DNA of 64,000 nt from Auanema rhodensis. Lineage: Eukaryota; Animalia; Nematoda. Shown piece after piece: positions 1 to 12,089 of this stretch. The stretch is from contig OZ059898.1 of assembly GCA_964057225.1 (NCBI GenBank), positions 20,832,001-20,896,000 of the forward strand. Reading direction: 5' to 3'. Each line of letters opens with the position of its first letter. Position 1 is the first letter of the stretch. A program made the position numbers and the translations under genes. Under the pieces are notes generated by a model. The model had not been told where the DNA came from. It saw only the letters and a program-made list of their open reading frames with translations, and made no database searches.

Positions 1-176
1 AAGATAAAGAGATGCGGTTTCCAAAATTAGATTCCCCATGTCCATATTAGTCTAATTACAAATTTTTATTGATATTGGTTCATGGTAACCATGACTTTGA
101 AATTTACGTGAACTTTAATTTATGCTAATTAAATGTACACGTGATGTGCACTTGGTATGTAACTCGCTTCACGTGA
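1..176 (+). repeat. Reference monomer (176 bp; defines the monomer coordinates used below)
   Basis: First full period. It differs from consensus by T21C and A56T/A57T. Confidence 0.98.
80..94. other. 15-bp dyad TCATGGT-A-ACCATGA (7-bp arms, 1-nt spacer), present in most monomers
   Basis: The reverse complement of TCATGGT is ACCATGA; read directly at 80-94. Confidence 0.95.
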
Positions 177-177
177 A
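106..177. promoter_or_regulatory. Cluster of ACGTGA cores and E-box (CACGTG) motifs in each monomer; function unproven
   Basis: ACGTGA at monomer positions 106, 139 and 171. CACGTG at 138-143 and 170-175. Perfect 10-bp palindrome TTCACGTGAA at 168-177. The motifs are certain; a regulatory role is speculative. Confidence 0.3.
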
Positions 178-3149
178 AGATATAGAGATGCGGTTTTCAA
201 AATTAGATTCCCCATGTACATGTTAGTCTAAAAACAAATTTTTATTGATATTGGTTCATGGTAACCATGACTTTCAAATTTACGTGAACTTTAATTTATG
301 CTAATTAAATGTACACGTGATGTGCACTTGGTATGTAACTCGCTTCACGTGAAAGATAAAGAGATGTGGTTATCAAAATTAGATTCCCCATGTCCATATT
401 AGTCTAAAAACAAATTTTTATTAATATTGTTTCATGGTACCCATGACTTTGAAATTTACGTGAACTTTAATTCATGCTAATTAAATGTACACGTGATGTG
501 CACTTGGTATGTAACTCGCTTCACGTGAAAGATAAAGAGATGCGGTTTTCAAAATTAGATTCCCCATGTCCATATTAGTCTAAAAACAAATTTTTATTGA
601 TATTGGTTCATGGTAACCATGACTTTGAAATTTACGTGAACTTTAATTTATGCTAATTAAATGTACACGTGATGTGCACTTGGTATGTAACTCGCTTCAC
701 GTGAAAGATAAAGAGATGCGGTTTTCAAAATTAGATTCCCCATGTCCATATTAGTCTAAAAACAAATTTTTATTGATATTGGTTCATGGTAACCATGACT
801 TTGAAATTTACGTGAACTTTAATTTATGCTAATTAAATGTACACGTGATGTGCACTTGGTATGTAACTCGCTTCACGTGAAAGATAAAGAGATGCGGTTT
901 TCAAAATTAGATTCCCCATGTCCATATTAGTCTAAAAACAAATTTTTATTGATATTGGTTCATGGTCACCATGACTTTGAAATTTACGTGAACTTTAATT
1001 TATGCTAATTAAATGTACACGTGATGTGCACTTGGTATGTAACTCGCTTCACGTGAAAGATAAAGAGATGCGGTTTTCAAAATTAGATTCCCCATGTCCA
1101 TATTAGTCTAAAACCAAATTTTTATTGATATTGGTTCATGGTAACCATGACTTTGAAATTTACGTGAACTTTAATTTATGCTAATTAAATGTACACGTCA
1201 TGTGCACTTGGTATGTAACTCGCTTCACGTGAAAGAAAAAGAGATGCGGTTTTCAAAATTAGATTCCCCATGTCCATATTAGTCCAAAAACAAATTTTTA
1301 TTGATATTGGTTCATGGTAACCATGACTTTGAAATTTACGTGAACTTTAATTTATGCTAATTAAATGTACACGTGATGTGCACTTGGTATGTAACTCGCT
1401 TCACGTGAAAGATAAAGAGATGTGGTTATCAAAATTAGATTCCCCATGTCCATATTAGTCTAAAAACAAATTTTTATTAATATTGTTTCATGGTACCCAT
1501 GACTTTGAAATTTACGTGAACTTTAATTCATGCTAATTAAATGTACACGTGATGTGCACTTGGTATGTAACTCGCTTCACGTGAAAGATAAAGAGATGCG
1601 GTTTTCAAAATTAGATTCCCCATGTCCATATTAGTCTAAAAACAAATTTTTATTGATATTGGTTCATGGTAACCATGACTTTGAAATTTACGTGAACTTT
1701 AATTTATGCTAATTAAATGTACACGTGATGTGCACTTGGTATGTAACTCGCTTCACGTGAAAGATAAAGAGATGCGGTTTTCAAAATTAGATTCCCCATG
1801 TCCATATTAGTCTAAAAACAAATTTTTATTGATATTGGTTCATGGTAACCATGACTTTGAAATTTACGTGAATTTTAATTTATGCTAATTAAATGTACAC
1901 GTGATGTGCACTTGGTATGTAACTCGCTTCACGTGAAAGATAAAGAGATGCGGTTTTCGAAATTAGATTCCCCATGTCCATATTAGTCTAAAAACAAATT
2001 TTTATTGATATTGGTTCATGGTAACCATGACTTTGAAATTTACGTGAATTTTAATTTATGCTAATTAAATGTACACGTGATGTGCACTTGGTATGTAACT
2101 CGCTTCACGTGAAAGATAAAAAGATGCGGTTTTCAAACTTCGATTCCCCATGTCCATATTAGTCTAAAAACAAATTTTTATTGATATTGGTGCATGGTAA
2201 CCATGACTTTGAAATTTACGTGAACTTTAATTTATGCTAATTAAATGTACACGTGATGTGCACTTGGTATGTAACTCGCTTCACGTGAAAGATAAAGAGA
2301 TGCGGTTTTCAAAATTAGATTCCCCATGTACATGTTAGTCTAAAAACAAATTTTTATTGATATTGGTGCATGGTAACCATGACTTTGAAATTTACGTGAA
2401 TTTTAATTTATGCTAATTAAATGTACACGTGATGTGCACTTGGTATGTAACTCGTTTCACGTGAAAGATAAAGAGATGCGGTTTTCAAAATTAGATTTCC
2501 CATGTCCATATTAGTCTAAAAACAAATTTTTATTGATATTGGTTCATGATAACCATGACTTTGAAATTTACGTGAACTTTAATTTATGCTAATTAAATGT
2601 ACACGTGATGTGCACTTGGTATGTAACTCGCTTCACGTGAAAGATAAAGAGATGCGGTTTTCAAAATTAGATTCCCCATGTCCATATTAGTCTACAAACA
2701 AATTTTCATTGATATTGGTTTATGGTAACCATGACTTTGAAATTTACGTGAACTTTAATTTATGCTAATTAAATGTACACGTGATGTGCACTTGGTATGT
2801 AACTCGCTTCACGTGAAAGATAAAGAGATGCGGTTTTCAAAATTAGATTCCCCATGTCCATATTAGTCTAAAAACAAATTTTTATTGATATTGGTTCATG
2901 GTAACCATGACTTTGAAATTTACGTGAACTTTAATTTATGCTAATTAAATGTACACGTGATGTGCACTTGGTATGTAACTCGCTTCACGTGAAAGATAAA
3001 GAGATGCGGTTTTCAAAATTAGATTCCCCATGTCCATATTAGTCTAAAAACAAATTTTTATTGATATTGGTTCATGGTACCCATGACTTTGAAATTTACG
3101 TGAACTTTAATTTATGCTAATTAAATGTACACGTGATGTGCACTTGGTA

Positions 3150-4760
3150 TGTAACTAGCTTCACGTAAAAGATAAAGAGATGCGGTTTTCAAAATTAGAT
3201 TTCCCATGTCCATATTAGTCTAAAAACAAATTTTTATTGATACTGGTTCATGGTAACCATGACTTTGAAATTTAAGTGAACTTTAATTTATACTAATTAA
3301 ATGTACACGTGATGTGCACTTGGTATGTAACTCGCTTCACGTGAATGATAAAGAGATGCGGTTTTCAAAATTAGATTCCCCATGTCCATATTAGTCTAAA
3401 AACAAATTTTTATTGATATTGGTTCATGGTAACCATGACTTTGAAATTTACGTGAACTTTAATTTATGCTAATTAAATGTACACGTGATGTGCACTTGGT
3501 ATGTAACTCGCTTCACGTGAAAGATAAAGAGATGCGGTTTTCAAAATTAGATTCCCCATGTCCATATTAGTCCAAAAACAAATTTTTATTGATATTGGTT
3601 CATTGTAACCATGACTTTGAAATTTACGTGAACTTTAATTTATTCTAATTAAATGTACACGTGATGTGCACTTGGTACGTAACTCGCTTCACGTGAAAGA
3701 TAAAGAGATGCGGTTTTCAAAATTAGATTCCCCATGTCCATATTAGTCTAAAAACAAATGTTTATTGATATTGGTGCATGGTAACCATGACTTTGAAATT
3801 TACGTGAACTTTAATTTATGCTAATTAAATGTACACGTGATGTGCACTTGGTATGTAACTAGCTTCACGTAAAAGATAAAGAGATGCGGTTTTCAAAATT
3901 AGATTTCCCATGTACATGTTAGTCTAAAAACAAATTTTTATTGATATTGGTTCATGGTAACCATGACTTTGAAATTTACGTGAACTTTAATTTATGCTAA
4001 TTAAATGTACACGTGATGTGCACTTGGTATGTAACTCGCTTCACGTGAAAGATAAAGAGATGCGGTTTTCAAAATTAGATTCCCCATGTCCATATTAGTC
4101 TAAAAACAAATTTTTATTGATATTGGTTCATTGTAACCATGACTTTGAAATTTACGTGAACTTTAATTTATGCTAATAAAATGTACACGTGATGTGCACT
4201 TGGTACGTAACTCGCTTCACGTGAAAGATAAAGAGATGCGGTTTTCAAAATTAGATTCCCCATGTCCATATTAGTCTAAAAACAAATGTTTATTGATATT
4301 GGTACATGGTAACCATGACTTTGAAATTTACGTGAACTTTAATTTATGCTAATTAAATGTACACGTGATGTGCACTTGGTACGTAACTCGCTTCACGTGA
4401 AAGATAAAGAGATGCGGTTTTCAAAATTAGATTCCCCATGTCCATATTAGTCTAAAAACAAATGTTTATTGATATTGGTGCATGGTAACCATGACTTTGA
4501 AATTTACGTGAACTTTAATTTATGCTAATTAAATGTACACGTGATGTGCACTTGGTATGTAACTAGCTTCACGTAAAAGATAAAGAGATGCGGTTTTCAA
4601 AATTAGATTTCCCATGTCCATATTAGTCTAAAAACAAATTTTTATTGATACTGGTTCATGGTAACCATGACTTTGAAATTTACGTGAACTTTAATTTATA
4701 CTAATTAAATGTACACGTGATGTGCACTTGGTATGTAACTCGCTTCACGTGAATGATAAA
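3150..4760 (+). repeat. Local 4-/8-monomer higher-order repeat
   Basis: Variant AACTAGCTTCACGTAAAA at 3153, 3857 and 4561 (704 bp = 4 monomers). The GATACTGG, TACTAATT and GAATGATA markers repeat at a 1408-bp offset (8 monomers). Confidence 0.75.
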
Positions 4761-4928
4761 GAGATGCGGTTTTCAAAATTAGATTCCCCATGTCCATATT
4801 AGTCTAAAAACAAATTTTTATTGATATTGGTTCATGGTAACTATGACTTTGAAATTTACGTGAACTTTAATTTATGCTAATTAAATGTACACGTGATGTG
4901 CACTTGGTATGTAACTCGCTTCACGTGA

Positions 4929-6688
4929 AAGATAAAGAGATGCGGTTTTCAAAATTAGATTCCCCATGTACATGTTAGTCTAAAAACAAATTTTTATTGA
5001 TATTGGTTCATGGTAACCATGACTTTGAAATTTACGTGAACTTTAATTTATGCTAATTAAATGTACACGTGATGTACACTTGGTATGTAACTCGCTTCAC
5101 GTGAAAGATAAAGAGATGCGGTTTTCAAAATTAGATTCCCCATGTCCATATTAGTCTAAAAACAAATTTTTATTGATATTGGTTCATTGTAACCATGACT
5201 TTGAAATTTACGTGAACTTTAATTTATGCTAATTAAATGTACACGTGATGTGCACTTGGTACGTAACTCGCTTCACGTGAAAGATAAAGAGATGCGGTTT
5301 TCAAAATTAGATTCCCCATGTCCATATTAGTCTAAAAACAAATTTTTATTGATATTGGTTCATGGTAACCATGACTTTGAAATTTACGTGAACTTTAATT
5401 TATGCTAATTAAATGTACACGTGATGTGCACTTGGTATGTAACTCGCTTCACGTGAAAGATAAAGAGATGCGGTTTTCAAAATTAGATTCCCCATGTACA
5501 TGTTAGTCTAAAAACAAATTTTTATTGATATTGGTTCATGGTAACCATGACTTTGAAATTTACGTGAACTTTAATTTATGCTAATTAAATGTACACGTGA
5601 TGTGCACTTGGTATGTAACTCGCTTCACGTGAATGATAAAGAGATGCGGTTTTTAAAATTAGATTCCCCATGTCCATATTAGTCTCAAAACAAATTTTTA
5701 TTGATATTGGTTCATGGTAACCATGACTTTGAAATTTACGTGAACTTTAATTTATGCTAATTAAATGTACACGTGATGTGCACTTGGTATGTAACTCGCT
5801 TCACGTGAAAGATAAAGAGATGCGGTTTTCAAAATTAGATTCCCCATGTACATGTTAGTCTAAAAACAAATTTTTATTGATATTGGTTCATGGTAACCAT
5901 GACTTTGAAATTTACGTGAACTTTAATTTATGCTAATTAAATGTACACGTGATGTACACTTGGTATGTAACTCGCTTCACGTGAAAGATAAAGAGATGCG
6001 GTTTTCAAAATTAGATTCCCCATGTCCATATTAGTCTAAAAACAAATTTTTATTGATATTGGTTCATTGTAACCATGACTTTGAAATTTACGTGAACTTT
6101 AATTTATGCTAATTAAATGTACACGTGATGTGCACTTGGTACGTAACTCGCTTCACGTGAAAGATAAAGAGATGCGGTTTTCAAAATTAGATTCCCCATG
6201 TCCATATTAGTCTAAAAACAAATTTTTATTGATATTGGTTCATGGTAACCATGACTTTGAAATTTACGTGAACTTTAATTTATGCTAATTAAATGTACAC
6301 GTGATGTGCACTTGGTATGTAACTCGCTTCACGTGAAAGATAAAGAGATGCGGTTTTCAAAATTAGATTCCCCATGTACATGTTAGTCTAAAAACAAATT
6401 TTTATTGATATTGGTTCATGGTAACCATGACTTTGAAATTTACGTGAACTTTAATTTATGCTAATTAAATGTACACGTGATGTGCACTTGGTATGTAACT
6501 CGCTTCACGTGAAAGATAAAGAGATGCGGTTTTTAAAATTAGATTCCCCATGTCCATATTAGTCTAAAAACAAATTTTTATTGATATTGGTGCATGGTAA
6601 CCATGACTTTGAAATTTACGTGAACTTTAATTTATGCTAATTAAATGTACACGTGATGTGCACTTGGTATGTAACTCGTTTCACGTGA
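4929..6688 (+). repeat. Tandem 5-monomer duplication (880 bp)
   Basis: CATGTACATG at 4965/5845 and 5493/6373. GATGTACACT, TTCATTGTAA and GGTACGTAA markers also recur at +880. Confidence 0.85.
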
Positions 6689-9600
6689 AAGATAAAGAGA
6701 TGCGGTTTTCAAAATTAGATTCCCCATGTCCATATTAGGCTAAAAACAAATTTTTATTGATATTGGTGCTTGGTAACCATGACTTTGAAATTTACGTGAA
6801 CTTTAATTTATGCTAATTAAATGTACACGTGATGTGCACTTGGTATGTAACTCGCTTCACGTAAAAGATAAAGAGATGCGGTTTTCAAAATTAGATTTCC
6901 CATGTCCATATTAGTCTAAAAACAAATTTTTATTGATATTGGTTCATGATAACCATGACTTTGAAATTTACGTGAACTTTAATTTATGCTAATTAAATGT
7001 ACACGTGATGTGCACTTGGTATGTAACTCGCTTCACGTGAAAGATAAAGAGATGCGGTTTTCAAAATTAGATTCCCCATGTCCATATTAGTCTAAAAACA
7101 AATTTTGATTGATATTGGTGCATGGTAACCATGACTTTGAAATTTACGTGAACTTTAATTTATGCTAATTAAATGTACACGTGATGTGCACTTGGTATGT
7201 AACTCGCTTCACGTGAAAGATAAAGAGATGCGGTTTTCAAAATTAGATTCCCCATGTCCATATTAGTCTAAAAACAAATTTTGATTGATATTGGTGCATG
7301 GTAACCATGACTTTGAAATTTACGTGAACTTTAATTTATGCTAATTAAATGTACACGTGATGTGCACTTGGTATGTAACTCGCTTCACGTAAAAGATAAA
7401 GAGATGCGGTTTTCAAAATTAGATTTCCCATGTCCATATTAGTCTAAAAACAAATTTTTATTGATATTGGTTTATGGTAACCATGACTTTGAAATTTACG
7501 TGAACTTTAATTTGTGCTAATTAAATGTACACGTGATGTGCACTTGGTATGTAACTCGCTTCACGTGAAAGATAAAGAGATGCGGTTTCCAAATTTAGAT
7601 TTCCCATGTCCATATTAGTCTAAAAACAAATTTTTTTTGATATTGGTTCATGGTAACCATGACTTTGAAATTTACGTGAACTTTAATTTATGCTAATTAA
7701 ATGTACACGTGATATGCACTTGGTATGTAACTCGCTTCACGTGAAAGATAAAGAGATGCGGTTTTTAAAATTAGATTTCCCATGTCCATATTAGTCTAAA
7801 AACAAATTTTTATTGATACTGGTTCATGGTAACCATGACTTTGAAATTTACGTGAACTTTAATTTATACTAATTAAATGTACACGTGATGTGCACTTGGT
7901 ATGTAACTCGCTTCACGTGAATGATAAAGAGATGCGGTTTTCAAAATTAGATTCTCCATGTCCATATTAGTCTAAAAACAAATTTTTATTGATATTGGTT
8001 CATGGTAACCATGACTTTGAAATTTACGTGAACTTTAATTTATGCTAATTAAATGTACACGTGATGTGCACGTGGTATGTAACTCGCTTCACGTGAAAGA
8101 TAAAGAGATGCGGTTTTCAAAATTAGATTCCCCATGTACATGTTAGTCTAAAAACAAATTTTTATTGATATTGGTTCATGGTAACCATGACTTTGAAATT
8201 TACGTGAACTTTAATTTATGCTAATTAAATGTACACGTGATGTGCACTTGGTATGTAACTCGCTTCACGTGAAAGATGAAGAGATGCGGTTTTCAAAATT
8301 AGATTCCCCATGTCCATATTAGTCTAAAAACAAATTTTTATTGATATTGGTTCATTGTAACCATGACTTTGAAATTTACGTGAACTTTAATTTATGCTAA
8401 TTAAATGTACACGTGATGTGCACTTGGTACGTAACTCGCTTCACGTGAAAGATAAAGAGATGCGGTTTTCAAAATTAGATTCCCCATGTCCATATTAGTC
8501 TAAAAACAAATTTTTATTGATATTGGTTCATGGTAACCATGACTTTGAAATTTACGTGAACTTTAATTTATGCTAATTAAATGTACACGTGATGTGCACT
8601 TGGTATGTAACTCGCTTCACGTGAAAGATAAAGAGATGCGGTTTTCAAAATTAGATTCCCCATGTACATGTTAGTCTAAAAACAAATTTTTATTGATATT
8701 GGTTCATGGTAACCATGACTTTGAAATTTACGTGAACTTTAATTTATGCTAATTAAATGTACACGTGATGTGCACTTGGTATGTAACTCGCTTCACGTGA
8801 AAGATAAAGAGATGCGGTTTTTAAAATTAGATTCCCCATGTCCATATTAGTCTAAAAACAAATTTTTATTGATATTGGTGCATGGTAACCATGACTTTGA
8901 AATTTACGTGAACTTTAATTTATGCTAATTAAATGTACACGTGATGTGCACTTGGTATGTAACTCGTTTCACGTGAAAGATAAAGAGATGCGGTTTTCAA
9001 AATTAGATTCCCCATGTCCATATTAGTCTAAAAACAAATTTTTATTGATATTGGTGCTTGGTAACCATGACTTTGAAATTTACGTGAACTTTAATTTATG
9101 CTAATTAAATGTACACGTGATGTGCACTTGGTATGTAACTCGCTTCACGTAAAAGATAAAGAGATGCGGTTTTCAAAATTAGATTTCCCATGTCCATATT
9201 AGTCTAAAAACAAATTTTTATTGATATTGGTTCATGATAACCATGACTTTGAAATTTACGTGAACTTTAATTTATGCTAATTAAATGTACACGTGATGTG
9301 CACTTGGTATGTAACTCGCTTCACGTGAAAGATAAAGAGATGCGGTTTTCAAAATTAGATTCCCCATGTCCATATTAGTCTAAAAACAAATTTTGATTGA
9401 TATTGGTGCATGGTAACCATGACTTTGAAATTTACGTGAACTTTAATTTATGCTAATTAAATGTACACGTGATGTGCACTTGGTATGTAACTCGCTTCAC
9501 GTAAAAGATAAAGAGATGCGGTTTTCAAAATTAGATTTCCCATGTCCATATTAGTCTAAAAACAAATTTTTATTGATATTGGTTCATGGTAACCATGACT

Positions 9601-9860
9601 TTGAAATTTACGTGAACTTTAATTTGTGCTAATTAAATGTACACGTGATGTGCACTTGGTATGTAACTCGCTTCACGTGAAAGATAAAGAGATGCGGTTT
9701 CCAAAATTAGATTTCCCATGTCCATATTAGTCTAAAAACAAATTTTTATTGATATTGGTTCATGGTAACCATGACTTTGAAATTTACGTGAACTTTAATT
9801 TATGCTAATTAAATGTACACGTGATGTGCACTTGGTATGTAACTCGCTTCACGTGAAAGA
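5809..9860 (+). repeat. 13-monomer-offset block duplication (2288 bp; offset 12 monomers after an extra single-monomer duplication at about 7041-7392)
   Basis: The ordered markers CATGTACATG (5845/8133, 6373/8661), TTTTTAAAA, CGTTTC, GGTGCTTGG, CGTAAAA, CATGATA and TTTTGATT recur at +2288. TTTGTGCT recurs at +2112. Confidence 0.85.
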
Positions 9861-11616
9861 TAAAGAGATGCGGTTTCCAAAATTAGATTTCCCATGTCCA
9901 TATTAGTCTAAAAACAAATTTTTATTGATATTGGTTCATGGTAACCATGACTTTGAAATTTACGTGAACTTTAATTTATGCTAATTAAATGTACACGTGA
10001 TGTGCACTTGGTATGTAACTCGCTTCACGTGAAAGATAAAGAGATGCGGTTTTCAAAATTAGATTCCCCATGTCCATATTAGTCTAAAAACAAATTTTCA
10101 TTGATATTGGTTCATGGTAACCATGACTTTGAAATTTACGTGAATTTTAATTTATGCTAATTAAATGTACACGTGATGTGCACTTGGTATGTAACTCGCT
10201 TCACGTGAAAGATAAAGAGATGCGGTTTTCAAAATTAGATTCCCCATGTCCATATTAGTCTAAAAACAAATTTTTTTTGATATTGGTTCATGGTAACCAT
10301 GACTTTGAAATTTACGTGAACTTTAATTTATGCTAATTAAATGTACACGTGATGTGCACTTGGTACGTAACTCGCTTCACGTGAAAGATAAAGAGATGCG
10401 GTTTTCAAAATTAGATTCCCCATGTCCATATTAGTCTAAAAACAAATGTTTATTGATATTGGTGCATGGTAACCATGACTTTGAAATTTACGTGAACTTT
10501 AATTTATGCTAATTAAATGTACACGTGATGTGCACTTGGTATGTAACTCGCTTCACGTGAAAGATAAAGAGATGCGGTTTTCAAAATTAGATTTCCCATG
10601 TCCATATTAGTCTAAAAACAAATTTTTATTGATATTGGTTCATGGTAACCATGACTTTGAAATTTACGTGAACTTTAATTTGTGCTAATTAAATGTACAC
10701 GTGATGTGCACTTGGTATGTAACTCGCTTCACGTGAAAGATAAAGAGATGCGGTTTCCAAAATTAGATTTCCCATGTCCATATTAGTCTAAAAACAAATT
10801 TTTATTGATATTGGTTCATGGTAACCATGACTTTGAAATTTACGTGAACTTTAATTTATGCTAATTAAATGTACACGTGATGTGCACTTGGTATGTAACT
10901 CGCTTCACGTGAAAGATAAAGAGATGCGGTTTTTAAAATTAGATTCCCCATGTCCATATTAGTCTAAAAACAAATTTTTATTGATATTGGTTCATGGTAA
11001 CCATGACTTTGAAATTTACGTGAACTTTAATTTATGCTAATTAAATGTACACGTGATGTGCACTTGGTATGTAACTCGCTTCACGTGAAAGATAAAGAGA
11101 TGCGGTTTTCAAAATTAGATTCCCCATGTCCATATTAGTCTAAAAACAAATTTTCATTGATATTGGTTCATGGTAACCATGACTTTGAAATTTACGTGAA
11201 TTTTAATTTATGCTAATTAAATGTACACGTGATGTGCACTTGGTATGTAACTCGCTTCACGTGAAAGATAAAGAGATGCGGTTTTCAAAATTAGATTCCC
11301 CATGTCCATATTAGTCTAAAAACAAATTTTTTTTGATATTGGTTCATGGTAACCATGACTTTGAAATTTACGTGAACTTTAATTTATGCTAATTAAATGT
11401 ACACTTGATGTGCACTTGGTACGTAACTCGCTTCACGTGAAAGATAAAGAGATGCGGTTTTCAAAATTAGATTCCCCATGTCCATATTAGTCTAAAAACA
11501 AATGTTTATTGATATTGGTGCATGGTAACCATGACTTTGAAATTTACGTGAACTTTAATTTATGCTAATTAAATGTACACGTGATGTGCACTTGGTATGT
11601 AACTCGCTTCACGTGA
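9505..11616 (+). repeat. Tandem 6-monomer duplication (1056 bp)
   Basis: TTTGTGCT (about 9626/10682), TTTTCATT (about 10099/11155), the long T run before GA and GGTACGTAA recur at +1056. Confidence 0.85.
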
Positions 11617-12089
11617 AAGATAAAGAGATGCGGTTTTCAAAATTAGATTTCACATGTCCATATTAGTCTAAAAACAAATTTTTATTGATATTGGTTCATG
11701 ATAACCATGACTTTGAAATTTACGTGAACTTTAATTTATGCTAATTAAATGTACACGTGATGTGCACTTGGTATGTAACTCGCTTCACGTGAAAGATAAA
11801 GAGATGCGGTTTTCAAAATTAGATTCCCCATGTCCATATTAGTCTAAAAACAAATTTTTATTGATATTGGTGCATGGTAACCATGACTTTGAAATTTACG
11901 TGAACTTTAATTTATGCTAATTAAATGTACACGTGATGTGCACTTGGTATGTAACTCGCTTCACGTGAAAGATAAAGAGATGCGGTTTTCAAAATTAGAT
12001 TCCCCATGTCCATATTAGTCTAAAAACAAATTTTTATTGATATGGGTTCATGATAACCATGACTTTGAAATTTACGTGAACTTTAATTT

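Noticed and set aside
18-133. Phased A-tracts causing intrinsic curvature
   Set aside because: A/T tracts are present (23-26, 54-58, 60-67, 100-105, 114-121) but are not clearly spaced at 10-11 bp; this cannot be supported without modelling.
1-176. Identification as Brassica CentBr or honeybee AluI satellite (both about 176 bp)
   Set aside because: Only the length matches. The consensus lacks AAGCTT and AGCT sites and I recognise no sequence similarity; a database search is needed.
1-176. CENP-B box
   Set aside because: No TTCG-N4-A-N2-CGGG pattern on either strand of the consensus.
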